64,000 bases of DNA from Eledone cirrhosa (lineage: Eukaryota). The DNA is taken from positions 85,374,001-85,438,000 of the forward strand of contig OZ024744.1 in the NCBI GenBank assembly GCA_964016885.1. Reading direction: 5' to 3'. The position numbers and the translations under genes are program-made. How positions within the stretch are numbered: the first letter of the stretch is position 1; each line of letters begins with the position of its first letter. The notes beneath the pieces were generated by a model. It searched no databases. It was given only the letters and a program-made list of their open reading frames with translations, and was not told the DNA's origin. Shown piece by piece: positions 45,784 through 59,520 of the stretch.

Positions 45784-48700
45784 TGAAACTGAAACTTATG
45801 CTTATTCATTTTTGGGGCCCTTTCTGCCCGTGTGTTTGTTTGTTTATGTGTGTCCGTATACAGCGTGGTGATAATGCCACACAAGGGCCAAGTGGGATGG
45901 CGGATCCACAGATGGCTATGTAAACATACATTCGCCAATCCTCGATAAGAGTGTTTAAATATCGAACATAAACAGTTCGAATAACGGTGAAATGGAGACT
46001 AGAACGTCATGTGACAGACTCTCACCCAACAGGTGCCCCCTGGCTCAGCAGCAGGAACCTGACTGTCAACGAAATACTGCTGATGTTGGAGGAAGAAGAA
46101 GAAGGAAAGGGGCCAGAACCAACTGGACGAAAGAATTGAATAGAACTGTTATGCAATGCTACCTGAAAAGTAACCCCAAGGAGAGGGGCTACAGGAGACG
46201 GATGCATAACATCTGGAACGAGATTGGTTTATTTAAATTAGATGAACAAAAATTGGCCGGGCAGGCTCGGGTAATAAGAACTAATGGGTGGATAAGCGAG
46301 CTGGAACTGGAGGAACTGAGCAGAGAGAATGGCTTGGAGATGGCGGGTGTAGTATGCCAGACAAGCGAGCCGGCGGGAAATGAAGGTGAGGAGGTCCTGA
46401 GAGCGGAGGAACCACCCGAAGCAGACAATGATCTGAATACTGAGATAAATAATACCTGGAACAGAGATACGGCCACTGAGGAGATGAATGCTGACGGGCT
46501 AGGACAAGATTCGGTTGACATCCTAAATTTAGTGGTAGATGAGTTGAACAATGATAGTGGGAGACCTATGAACCTAAGATTTGTAGACAGGAAAAAGTTA
46601 AAAGAAACAACAGCTAAGGTAAACAAAGTCATCCCATACCTTGAGGCGAGGAGTCTTCACCAGTGCAACAATATCCTCAAAGCAACAGCAAATACGGTGA
46701 GGAAACTACTTGGTATAAAAGCGAGAGGAAACAACAGACAAGAAAGAGCAGAGCCGTGGTGGAAGAAGCGACTGAGTGGGCAAATCGGGGAAATGAGAAA
46801 TGACATAGGAAAGCTTGAGTCACTACTGAATGGGACACTAAAAAACATAGGCACTAAAAATAGACTGGAAATAAAATACAAAACTAGGAGTAAAAAGCTA
46901 AATATTATCATAGAGGAATTGAAGCAACGCATTGTAGCAAAGAGTGCCAAAATCAGGCGATACGAGAACAGAGTCAGTCAGTATAAACAGAACCGCATGT
47001 TCGACAACAACCAGAAGATGCTGTTTGGACAGCTTGAGGGGAAAGAAAGAGGCACCGACTTGATCCCTGGGGCGGAACAAGCTAAAACATTCTGGAGAGG
47101 AATATGGGAGCAGGATGTTAGACACAATGCCCAGGCAGGGTGGATTGAGACAGTACAGAGGGAGATCGGTGAGCAGGCACAGCAACAGACTGATTTGAGT
47201 ATCACAGTTGAAACTCTTAAGGGGCAAGCCAAAAAACTAACCAACTGGAAATCACCAGGCCCAGATGGTGTGCAGGGGTATTGGATTAAACATTTAACAT
47301 CCCTCCACCCGAAGCTGACGGCCATGTTCAATGACTGCTTGGTGTCGGGTGAGGTGCCAGAGTGGTTGACAAAAGGTACCACAGTTCTGATAATGAAAGA
47401 CCGAATCAAGGGTAATGATGTTACCAACTATAGACCTATCACATGTCTGCCCGTAATGTGGAAACTGTTGACGAGCATTGTGTCTGAGGAAATCTACCAT
47501 CACCTCCACACAAACAACTTGTTGCCGGACGAACAGAAAGGATGCCGAAAGAAGTCACGTGGTACAAAGGACCAGTTGCTTATTGATAAGATGGTAATGG
47601 GGAATTGCAGGAGGAGACACACTGATCTTGCCATGGGATGGATAGACTACAGAAAGGCATTTGACATGGTGCCTCATTCCTGGATCACCAAAAGCCTGGA
47701 GATCTTCAGGGTGGCAGATAACATCAGACAGTTGCTGGGCAGGAGTATGGGGTCCTGGGAGACAGAGTTGACATCAACTGGAGTATCCTTGGGAAGCGTG
47801 AAGATCAAGAGAGGTATCTTCCAGGGAGATAGCCTGTCCCCTCTGTTGTTTGTCCTTGCCCTGATGCCCTTGACCATAATGCTGCGAAAAGTGAGAGCAG
47901 GATACAAGTTGGGAAGGGGAGAGCTTACCATCAATCACCTCCTCTTCATGGACGATCTTAAGCTCTTCGGGAAAAGTGAGAAGGAGTTGGATGTGCTTGT
48001 TGACACTGTCCGTATTTTCAGCAGTGATATATGTATGCAGTTTGGTATTGGTAAATGTGGAGTCATTGTGATGAGGAGGGGTAGGTTGAGCAGAAGTAAC
48101 GGGATCCAGATACCAACAGGTGAGATGATAAAGGAAATTGACTCTGAGGAAGGATACAAGTATTTGGGCGTTCTGGAGGCTGATGGCATAAAGAACAAAA
48201 AAAAAAATGAAGGAATTGTTAAGAACTGAATACATTCGGAGAGTAAGGAGCGTATTGAAGTCACATCTGAACAGCAGAAATGCCATAAGCGCAGTAAATT
48301 CCCGAGCTGTGTCTATTATTAGGTACAGTGCGGGAATTCTGAGATGGAATGTTGCTGAACAAAAAGAAATGGATAGGAAGACTAGGAAGCTATTGACTAT
48401 CTACAACATGTTCCACAAGAGGAGTGATGTCGATAGACTCTACCTAAGGAGATCTGAGGGTGGAAGAGGTCTTATCAGCATAGAGGACTGTGTTCAGATG
48501 GAGAAAAACAACCTATACAAATACGTGACCTATAGTAAGGAGCCAATGCTCAGAGCTGTACTGAAGGAGGGGACAGTAGGCCAGGGGATACCCAAGGAGG
48601 AAATAACATCAAGGAGGAAGAGCAGCCTTAAGGGAAAATCCCTTCATAGTACCTTCTTTGAGAAAACTGAATTTAGAGATCCACAGACATGGAACTGGTT

Positions 48701-49461
48701 GAGAAGAGGAGACCTCAAAAAGGCTACAGAAGGAATGCTAATGGCTGCGCAGGAGCAGGCCCTCAAAACGAAGTGGTTGAAGCACCATATCTACAAGGAG
48801 GAGGCTAGCCCACTGTGCAGGATCTGTGGAGAGAGAGAGGAGACTGTGGCTCACATTGTGTCCGAGTGTAAACACCTAGCCCAGACCCACTATAAGGGCT
48901 GGAGACACGATGTGATGGGCAGGGTGATCCACTGGCACCTGTGCAAAGTAAACAATCTACCACATTCTGAGAAATGGTATGAGCATAGGCCAGAGGCGGT
49001 GATGGAGAACAGTCAGGTGAAGGTGCTGTGGGATTTTAGGATACAGACGGACAAAAAACTGGAACACAATAGACCTGACCTGGTGGTTGTGGACAAAGAA
49101 AAAAGATCGTGCCTGATTGTGGATGTGGCCTGCCCGTTCGACACGAGAGTGCAAGAGAAGGAGAGGGAGAAAATTAACCGATACCAGGACCTAAAGTGGG
49201 AGGTGAAAAGGATTTGGAACTGCCATGAAGTCAAAGTGATCCCGATTGTCATAGGCGCACTGGGGACTATCTCCAAAGGTTTCCAGGGATGGTTAAAGAA
49301 AATCGGCCCCTTCACGCTTTTTGGAACGCTTCAAAAGGCATGCTTGCTTGGAACGGCAAGAACCCTCCGATACGTCCTGAATATCTGAGGCTGCAGGTAG
49401 TGGCTTGATATTCAATCCAACGGACTTTCCAGTTAACCAACATCAATGACTGAGATTCAAG
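45783..49461 (+). mobile_element. Apparently full-length R4/Dong-type element, family A, flanked by (TAA)n
   Basis: ~210-nt 5' UTR; ORF 45992-49388 with RT, CCHC finger and PD-(D/E)xK endonuclease; short 3' UTR. Confidence 0.95.
45992..49388 (+). CDS. RT-zinc finger-RLE polyprotein, single frameshift at the A11 run 48197-48207
   Basis: KSPGPDG, YRPITCL, DYRKAFD, GIFQGDSLSP, FMDD, YKYLG | CRIC..HIVSEC, RHD, RPDL..DV..EK..RY. Confidence 0.88.
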
Positions 49462-49474
49462 GAATAACAATAAC

Positions 49475-49513
<39 letters not shown>

Positions 49514-49514
<1 letters not shown>

Positions 49515-52403
49515 CTTTCTTATTAACCACAAGGGTTTACATAAAGTAGACATTAAGGACAGTACAGGACAATAAAGACGGTACAAATGGGCATTTCTGC
49601 GTGTAAAAAAACAAACACAGAGGATGTAACAAAAAAATAACAATGAAAGATTCCCCAATAGGGGGGAGACTTCGGAGGGACATTTGTGGAGAAAGGCCAG
49701 TAAAAAGCCACAGTGACCCTGACCACCAAGGCAAGTGCCCTCTCCCAGTTTTCCACCTTTAATTTACAGACACATACTCAGAGTAGGCCCATTCACTCGG
49801 GCCATTCTTGCTTCACTCACCCATCTTTCAACAAAATGCTGGGAAGAGAGCACTTCCCTCTCTACTCTGATTTTCCTTTTCGAATGAAATTTGAAAAAGT
49901 TAATCAGGGCATCACCGAAGAGGTAAGTGCTCGTCTTCAGCCCTTTCAAACGTGTCCACCATACTATCTATTTCGCCATGGCCACCAGACAGATAAAAAC
50001 TGCCTGCCCTCCCGGCTAAAGGAAGAGGGCGGGGCAATCCTCACGATGGACTCAGCTGATAGCTGGATCCGTCCTACACGCGACAGCAGGTGTTCGACAT
50101 AAACCAAGAAGTCAGCAATGCTCGGACACTGGACGAGTGCGTGCAGGACGGTTGAGTCGCCCTGCGCGCATCACGGACATGCCCGGCTGACGGCACCTCC
50201 ATGCCTATAGAGTTTATCCCGAGCTGGCAAAGCTCCTCGGTAGCACTGTCAGGCCAGGGATTTCTGGAAGTTGTCCATAGGCCCCGGTTCGAAAGTTCTT
50301 CCGAAGAGATTGGCTAGTTGATTTTCGTCGACGCCTAGAGTTTCTCCAAGTACGTCGTCGCTCTTCCCCTCCACTAATCCTCTATAGAACGCCGAGGTGC
50401 AGTTTCCACCGATCACATTGCCTGATTGGTCGAGGGCTGTGAGCGCCTGAAGACATTCCAGTCTCCAAGCGCTCCCTCTCGGTCTTCGCTTGACCCAGGA
50501 CTGCAGCTCCGTCAAGGAGACGAGCTGGGGAAAGACGCGTCTAGCAAACGGCGACCACATCTGATCACCGTCGAAGAAGAGGTGGATATGTCGTAGCCTG
50601 AGCGAGTGTCTGCGCATCATCAGCCACGGCATTCCCAGCCCTCCACGTAGCGGATGTTGACAGCAGATGGACCGCCTGACCATCGGAGCGCGTCCCTTCC
50701 ACAAAAAGCGAAAAAACAAACGCTCCAGCGCAGTCAGGCGGGGCTTAGGACAAGGTACAACGGTCAGGGGGTAGTGGATGACGGACGCGATATACGCGTT
50801 AGCCACCTCCGCTCGACCTTTCAAGGATAGCTTCCTCTCGGTCCATTTCTGGGTGAGAGAAGCCACCCTGCTCGTCACTTCGTCCCAGTTTTTGTCCGTC
50901 TGGAGATCCGGACCGGACCAGACCCCGAGCAATTTAACCGGTCCGTCCGTCCAGCGCCCGACGACGCTGTTGGACGGCATGGACCTGGCTCTCCAGGTGC
51001 CGAGCTGCAGGCCCACTGACTTTTACTGGTTGATCATTGCTCCTGTCACCGCTTCGTATTCTCTTAGTGTAGTGCCGATCGCCTCGATGTGTTTGGCGTT
51101 CGACACCACTACGGTGACATCGTCCGCATATGCTGACACGGATCTTCCGCATCCTAGTTCGCGCGGGACTCCCCTCAACGTCTCCAGTTTGTGCAGTAAT
51201 GGCTCGAGAGTCAATACGTACAAGAGAGACGAGAGGGGACATCCTTGGCGGACCGAGCGCATGATGTTGAACGGTTCCGAAAGGTGACCGTTCCCTCTCA
51301 CCACAGAGCAGATGTCGCTGTGCATGGCAACGATCCAGCCTCTGAAGACGGGCCCAAAGCCAGCCGCCCTCAAGACTGCCGCTAGGTAACGATGGTCGAC
51401 CCCACCGAAAGCTTTCCACTGATCTAAATTGATCAAGGACCCACCCGTGCCAGGTTCCCTAGCTACCCTCTTTACGACAGTCCGTCGAGGTAGACACTAA
51501 AGTCTATCCCTCGATCCGTCCCGCCACTTCCCCCGAACAGCTGAGCGAAGTGTCGCTGAAAAGCTTCACACATTTGCCCGGGATCGAGTAGCATGCGCCC
51601 GTCGTGGTCCACCAAAGACCGGATCGTGGCTTTATTACCTCGACGCGCCTCCGCCACTCGGGTCCATTGAATGGCTTTCGTCCCCTCGTGTCTGAGAGCA
51701 CGCACCCTTGCTCTGACAACGCAGCCTTCGTGCTCTGCATTGAAGAATTGGTCAAGTGACAATTTCGCCGCAAGTACGTCGGTCGCGATGCCTTTGCTAA
51801 GCGCCTCGTCTAATTTTCTAACTAATTATCCCTCTGCTCTATGTTTCTCTATTGCTAAAGCCTTACTAAACCTAATGGACTTTATTCTAATTGCTCTTTT
51901 CAGAGCAAACCACCACTTGTTGTTGACGATGGCCCCCGTCAACGCCCGCTTAACTAGTTCCTTAATCCGGTCTCTGTAGGCCTTGCGCGCTGGTAAGGAT
52001 GCGTTTTAGTGACATGAGGTCGTTGAGCAGGTGGCCCTGCTTCCATGACGACCCCAAGCCACGCGCATTGATGCTGCCCATTCTGAGTGAGGTCATGTTG
52101 AAATGGAGTGGAAAAGATGGGAAAGACCACTCACCTTACTTATCGTAGTGGAAGGATGGTTTGTCCATCCTTTTCACTGCTTGTGGCCTCCTCCGGAAGG
52201 ATGTCCTTATAAATCCTCCTGGAGAGTGTTTGTCGGAAGTCTTCGATGTCTTTGGGGAATTTTTCTTTTAGTGTCGTGTGCGTTTTCTGTGTGATGTGAG
52301 TGATTTGTATGTGTGGAGGTGGTGTGAACTTTTGGGTTGTTGTGTAGTCTTTTTCTGTGATGCTGGTGTAGTGTTGGATGTAGTGTAATAATTGGCTGTT
52401 CAA
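49514..52403 (-). mobile_element. L1-Tx1-type element, internally deleted and 5' truncated
   Basis: VRQGCPLS, AYADD, LSLKGR, GGLG and C-terminal Cys finger; deletions near 51470 and 52010 relative to the 54732 copy; end of ORF1 at ~52140-52403. Confidence 0.9.
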
Positions 52404-54693
52404 ATTTCCAACTTTACAATGAAATAGTTAAGGAGCCAGAAAAGATACCATCATGGCTAGTTAACGGCATTACATTCCTGCTTCCGAAGAATGATGAGAC
52501 AAACAATCCCCAAAATTACAGACCGATAACTTGCTTGATCACAATGTATAAAATTTTAACAGCAGTCCTAACTGAGTATACATATGACCACCTGATAACA
52601 AATGACGTATTTCCCATTGAGCAGAAATGGTGTAAACGAGGCTCATATGGCTGTAAAGATCAGTTTTTGGTTAACAAAATGATACTGGAAGAGTGTCATA
52701 ATAGACACAAAAATTTATTAATTGCTTGGATAGATTATAAAAAAGCATTCGATAGTTTGCCACACAGTTGAATTGAAAAATGTTTAGAGATTTTCAAAAT
52801 ATCTCCTGTTGTCAGGAGGTTTTTGTCATTCAGTATGAAGACATGGAAAACGACACCCCTTTTGAATAGTGAAACAAAATCACTGGAAGCTGGAGAAGTT
52901 AATATTAATTGTGGAATTTTTCAGGGTGACACTTTATCACCGCTTTTATTCTGCATCGTACTTATACCATTAAGTAAAATGCTCAATGAAACAAAGCATG
53001 GATATAAAGTCTATGACAAAACCATTAATCACTTGTTCTACATGTATGACCGGAAACTATTTGGAGCAGTTCAGTGATGACATTAAAATGGAGTTTGGAC
53101 TAGATAAATGCGCCAAAGCAACGTTCACCAGAGGAAAGCTGCTGAAGAGTTCAGACATTAATCTTGATCTGGGGAACGTGATAAGAGAACTTGATCAAGA
53201 AAAAAACTTACAAATATCTAGGTGTTTGTGAAGGAGACGGAATCAAGCACTCGACAATGAGGGAAAGGATAAGGAAGGAATGTTACCGCAGAGTAAGAGC
53301 AATCTTAAGAACGGAATTGAATGCAAGGAATAGGATCGATGCCATAAACACGCTTGCCATACCAGTAGTAACCTACAGTTACAATGTCATCAACTGGTCA
53401 AGCACAGAGATCCGTAGGCTCGATACAAAAATTCGAAAATTCTTAACCATGCACAGAATGCATCACCCTAAGGCAGATATAGATATAATATATCTCCCTA
53501 GGAAAGAAGGAGGACGTGGGTTAATCCAGTTAGACATTGCGTTGAAAACTGCAACAATTGGATTATCTACATATCTAAGGGAATCACATGATTGGATGAT
53601 CAAACTCGTTTTGAAACACGAAAGCATCAAAAGATCATATTCCATTACAAAAGATGCACAAAGATACAGTAATGGACTACAAATTTCAGAAGTCCCATTT
53701 ACTGCTGAAATGGAAAACACAGAAAAAGCAAAGCAGGTAAAAGTAACTGCAAAGAAAGAACTGCTACAGAAACTGGCTAAGAAATGGCAAGAAAAGCCTC
53801 TGTATGTAAAATACCCAGAGCGAGCTAACAATCCTGATGTTGACAAAACTTTAACCCATCAGTGGTTGGCATCCTCTGGACTGAAATCGGAGACTGAAGG
53901 ACTGATTATATCGGCACAAGATCAGTGTCTGCCAACAAAAAATTACCAAGCCAACATAATAAAAAATGGGTGCAGCCCATTATGCCGTGTATGCAAAAAA
54001 CAACCAGAGACCATTGACCATATAATTTCAATGTGCAGTCCTATAGCTCCAACCGAATACCTAAACAGGCATGACAGAGCTGCACAATATATACATTGGA
54101 TAATGTGTAAACATTTTGACCTGCTCCATCAAAAGAATTGGTGGGAGCATCAACCACCTCCCATACTTGAAAAAGATCACATCGCAATCTTGTGGAACTT
54201 TAGCATCCAAACAGACCGAAAAATAGATGCAAATAGACCTGATATAATACTGAAGGACTTTAAAAAGAGGGTATGCCTGCTAATTGATATGTCTGTCCCA
54301 ATAGACAAGAATGTATCTATAAAAACATTTGAAAAATTGAGCAAGTATAAGGACCTGGAGATAGAAATTGGAAAAATGTGGAAATTGAGAACTAAAACAA
54401 TATCAGTGGTTGTAGGCGCTCTAGGAATGATACCTAAGGGGTCTAATGATTACTTATCGCAAATCCCAGGAAACCCGCGTATAGGAGAAATACAAAAGAT
54501 AGTACTAATGGAAACTGCTCATATACTAAGGAAGATTCTGTCAATATAAGTACATCACAAGTCTAAACACCTAAAAATGCATGTGAGAGTTTGTATGTTC
54601 TTTCTTGAACATGGCGGACCTTGTTGTCTCCTGAGGTCACTGGTTGTGACTTGGTGATAACTCGTATGAACATAAAGCAAGATAAATGCAGCT

Positions 54694-54694
<1 letters not shown>
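52404..54694 (+). mobile_element. 5'-truncated R4/Dong-type element, family B (decayed RT, open RLE half)
   Basis: NYRPITCL, DYKKAFD, GIFQGD; ORF 53191-54549 nearly identical to 44351-45590; (TAA)n tail. Confidence 0.92.
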
Positions 54695-54731
<37 letters not shown>

Positions 54732-54733
<2 letters not shown>

Positions 54734-57700
54734 TTTCTTTATTGGCCACAAGGGCTGACATCAAGAAAAACATTACAGACGGCAAAGGACGGTACAGGAC
54801 GGTACGATGTGGGTTTTGTGCGTGTAAATATTTTTATTATTTATATAAGAAAAAGAAAAAAAGGACATAGAAACATATATATAAACAATAAAAATGAAGA
54901 TTGAAACAATGAAAAATTCCCCAATAGGGGGGAAACCTCCGAGGGTTACTCGTTTGCGAAAACCACACAAAAGACCACGGCCACCCTGACCACCAGGGCA
55001 AGCGCCCTCTCTCAATTTTTCCAGCTCTCAAACTACAGACGTATATTCAGAGTGGACCATTCACTCGGACCATTCTCGCTACATTCACCCACCTTTCAAC
55101 AAACTTGCTTGAAGGCAACACTTGCCTCTCCACCCTGATTTTCCTCTTCAAGTGAAACTTGAAAAAGTTAATTAGGGATTCGCTGAAGAGGAAAGTGTCT
55201 GTCTTTAACCCTTTTAACCTTGTCCACCACACAATCTCTTTCGCCATGGCCACCAGGCAGATGAAAACCGCCTCTCCTTCCTCCTCGAAGGAAGGCGGCG
55301 AGACCATCTGCACAATGGACTCAGTCGACAACCGGATCAGTCCTAGACGCGACAGCAACTGTTCGACATAGCTCCACAAGTCAGCAATGCTCGGGCACTG
55401 AACGAGTGCGTGCACGACGGTTTCGTCGCTCTGCGCGCATCTCGGACAGGCTCGGCTGACGGCACTTCCGTGCCTGTAGAGCTTATCTCGAACCGGCAGC
55501 GCTCCCCGGTAGCACTGCCAGGCCAGGGACTTTTGGAAGTTATCCATAGGCCCCGAGCTGAAAGTTCTCCGGAAGAGAGCAAACAGCTGATCTTCTTCGA
55601 CGCCCAGGATCTCTCCGAGAATGTCGTCGCTCTTCCCCTCCACTAGTCCTCTATTGAACGCCGAGGTGGATGTTCCACCGATACTGGTGCCCAGCTGACA
55701 GAGGGCAGTGAGCGCTTGGAGACATTCCAGTTTCCAAGCGCTATCCCTCGGTCTTTTTCTGACCCTGGACTGCAGCTCCGTCAAGGAGACGAGCTGTGTG
55801 AAAACGTGCCTGGTGAACGGCGACCACACCTGTTCACCGTCAAGGAAGCACCAGAGATGTCGCAGCCTCAGCGCATGTTTGCGCATCAGCCATGGCATGC
55901 CCAGTCCTCCACGCAACGGGTGTTGACAGCAGATGGATCGTCTGACCATGGGAGCGCGTCCCTTCCACAAAAAGCGGTAGAGGAGGCGCTCTATTTTGGT
56001 GAGAGTTGGGCTGGAGCAAGGGACGACGGTGAGGCTGTAGCAGATGACGGATGCGATGTACGCATTCGCCACCTTCACCCGGCCTTTCAGGGACAGCTTC
56101 CTCTCGGCCCATTTCTTGGTGAGGGAGGCCACCCTGCTCGTCACCTCGTTCCAGTTTTTCTCCATCGGGAGGTCCCGTCCGAACCAGACCCCGAGCAATT
56201 TCACCGCTCCATCAGTCCAACGCCCCACGACGCTGTCGAACGGTGGACTTGCCTCTCCAGGTGCCGAGCTGCAAGCCCACCGACTTTTCCTGGTTTATCT
56301 TTGCTCCTGTCACCGCTTCGTATTCCTTGAGATAGGTGCCGAGCATCTGGACATCTCTGGTGCTCGACACCACCACGGTGACGTCGTCAGCGTAAGCCGA
56401 CTCGGATTTCTCGCATCCTAGTTCGCGTGGGACGCCCCTCATCACCCCCAGTTTGTGCAGTAACGGCTCGAGAGCCAATACGTACAAGAGGGACGAGAGG
56501 AGACAACCCTGGCGGACTGAGCGCATGATGCTGAACGGCTGCGACAGTGCCCGTTCAACCTCACAACTGAGCAGATGTCGCTGTACATTGCTGCGATCCA
56601 ACCCCTGAAAACGGGCCCGAAACCGGCTGCCTCGAGGACCGCCGCCAGGTACCGATGGTCGACCCTATCGAATGCTTTGAATTGATCCAAGTTGATCAGG
56701 GCCCCACCAGGTTCCTTAACCACCCTATCTATGATGTATCGCATGAGGTGGAGGTTGTCGTGTATGGATCTGTCCGGAATGGCGCATGTCTGCGCCTCTC
56801 CCTCCAGACCCTTGACGACAAGCAGCAACCTCGTTGCTAACACCTTGGCCAAAATCTTGAACTCTGCGTTTAGCAGGGTTATGGGCCTGAACTTATCGAT
56901 AACATCCCCTTTGTTCGGGTCTTTTCTCAGTAGCGCCACTGCTCTCCGACTCACAAAACTGGGAATGCTCCCGTTCTGCTGCCAGTTGCAGTAGCCGTCT
57001 ACCAAGAGGTCACCGAACAAGTCTGGCATAAATGCATAAAGCTCGTAGGGCAGACCATCCAAACCTGGCGATTTACCCCTTGTGCAGTTAGCCATCGCTT
57101 CCCTTATTTCACCGGCTGTTATTGGCTTTTCGCAACACTGTGCTGCGGTCGTCGAGAGCCGAGGCAGTCCGTCGAGGTATACACTGAAGTCCATGCCCGA
57201 TCCGGGCCGCCGCCGCTCCCGAACAGTTCAGCAAAGTGCTGCTGAAAAGCTTCACACATCCGCTCGGGTTCGAGCGTCACGCACCCGTTTTGGTCAGACA
57301 AAGACCGAATTGTGGCTTTGTTGCCACGTTGCGCCTCTGCCACCCGGGCCCATTGGACGGCTTTTGTCCTCTCGTGTTTCAGAGCACGCGCTCTAGCTCT
57401 CTCAACGAAGCCTTCGTGTTTTGCGTTGAAGAATTGGTCGAGTGCCAATCTCGCCGCAAGCACGTCGGTTGCGATGCCTGTCCTAAACGCCTCTTCTAGC
57501 TTTCTGACTAGCTCGCCCTCTACTCTATTTTCCTCTATCACTACTCCTTTGCTAAACCTAATCGACTCTACTTTAATTGCCCTTTTCTGGGCGAACCACC
57601 ACCTGTTGTTGACGACCGCTCCCGTCAACGCCCGCTTAACTGATACGCTAATCCGGTCTCTGTAAACTTTGCGCACCGGAAAAGACGCGTTCATCTTCCA

Positions 57701-59325
57701 GTAACCAGGCCCTTGTCTATGAAGTCTGTCTATGTCGATCTCACAGATCACAAATTTGTGGTCTGTGTAATCGACTATTTTAAATTGTGGACAACTTATA
57801 CTAGCCTTATCTAGTTCTCTGCAGAATACCCTATCGAGATACGATCTGGATGACCCTATGCGGTTTGTCCATGTCCACATTGGCACATTCGGGTGATCCA
57901 GTCGATACTTGTCAGACAGTTCAAAACGTCTGAGCAGGTTGGTGAGGCTCTTGCACCCTCCTCCCCTATCCACTAGCCCCACACGATCCCAGCGTGCATC
58001 CAAGATACCGTTCCAGTCGCCCACTAACACTAAAGAGCGGGACGTTCCAAGAAAGGTCTCTAGACGTCTCAAGAAATCTGGCCGTCCTACTCCTGTTGGG
58101 GCGTAGACGGCTACTAGCCTGAAAGCATTGCCTTCGCTGCCGGTCACGTCCAGCACCACCGACTTACCTTCTGGGTCTAGTAAGATGGCCCGTATCGCGA
58201 GATCCAAGGCTCTCCAAAAAAGGACGGCAACCCCTCCCCCCGATCCTGGACGGCTGGGAGATGCTTTTACATCGTAGCCGCCGAAGATCGGTGCGAAGGT
58301 TTGTGCTTCGGAGATTCTGGTTTCGCTGATGGCTACCACATCTATGTTTAGTGACCTGAGGTCGTTGAGCAGGTGACCCTGCTTCCAAGATGACCCCAGG
58401 CCACGTTCATTTATACTGCCTATTCTGAGTACGGCCATGTTGGATGAGAAACGGGGCAAGTGAGAAAGGGTCACTTACCTTGATCGTTTGGTGAGGGACA
58501 GTAGAACTGTCCCTTTCGCTGGTCATGGGTGTTTCCAAGAGGATGTCAGTGTATATCCTCTTGGTAACCGTCCCCCTGAAGTCTCCAACTGTGTTGGGGA
58601 ATTTTTGTTTTAAAGGTTTGTACTGTTCTATTTTGATATCAATGATGCTTATGTTTGTCGGGAGAGTTCTTGGTGTTGGTGGGGTGTAGTAGTTTTTTCT
58701 GTGATGTCTGTGTGCTGCTTTATATATTGTATGAGTTCTTTTTTTTGCCATATTTATGGCTGTGTACTTTTTTTTTTTGGGGGGGGGGGATTTTGTTGCT
58801 GTTTTCTTCTTGTTGCTGTTTGGTGTGTGTGTCTTGTTGTGTTTGCGTTGTTGGTGTTTTTAGTGATGCTGGTGGTGGTGTGGTTGTTGTTGTCAGTGGT
58901 TCTTGTGGTGGTGACGGTGGTGGTGTTGCTGCAAGTTTCCTTGCTGCCTTTACCCCTCTTTGTATGCTTTTGGAGGGTGAATTTAAGGGTTTTTTTGTTT
59001 TTTGTTTTTTGTGGCAGACCGTTTGCCACTTCACTCCCGCCTCAAACTCCATGTCGGATTCTGTGGCGTCTGGGAGGGGTATGTGCTCCACGGCTGTTGG
59101 TGGTGGTAGTGGAGCCCTCTTCGGCAATTTTGTTGCTGGTGTAGCTATTTCAAATGTAGCTATTGGTGTCGCCGCCACTGATGCTGCTGCTTTAGTTGTC
59201 CGTGGCCTTGGTACTGGTGCTACGGACGTTGCCCTCTTACTCACCGTGGAAGGGGCTTCTGCGTTTGTTGTCTGTCCTGCTCTTGGTAGCAGCGGACCAG
59301 GTATTGGAAGGAGAGCAATAATTAA
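54732..59325 (-). mobile_element. L1-Tx1-type element: ORF1 remnant plus frameshifted ORF2 (APE-RT-Cys finger)
   Basis: SINERGL, ISET, VYAP, GDWN, YLDR, TDH, GYWK, KSPGLDGL, RPITLLN, KAFDRVDH, YADD, CPRC..H...C; 3' end at (TTA)n. Confidence 0.92.
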
Positions 59326-59462
59326 ATAAAAAAGAATCTTGGAATAAGAAAATATCAGTTGACGTATGTGTAAACACTTTATTGAATATATTTGGTCGGA
59401 CAGAAACATATACATACATACATAAATATATACATACATAATATACATACATACACATATAT

Positions 59463-59520
<58 letters not shown>

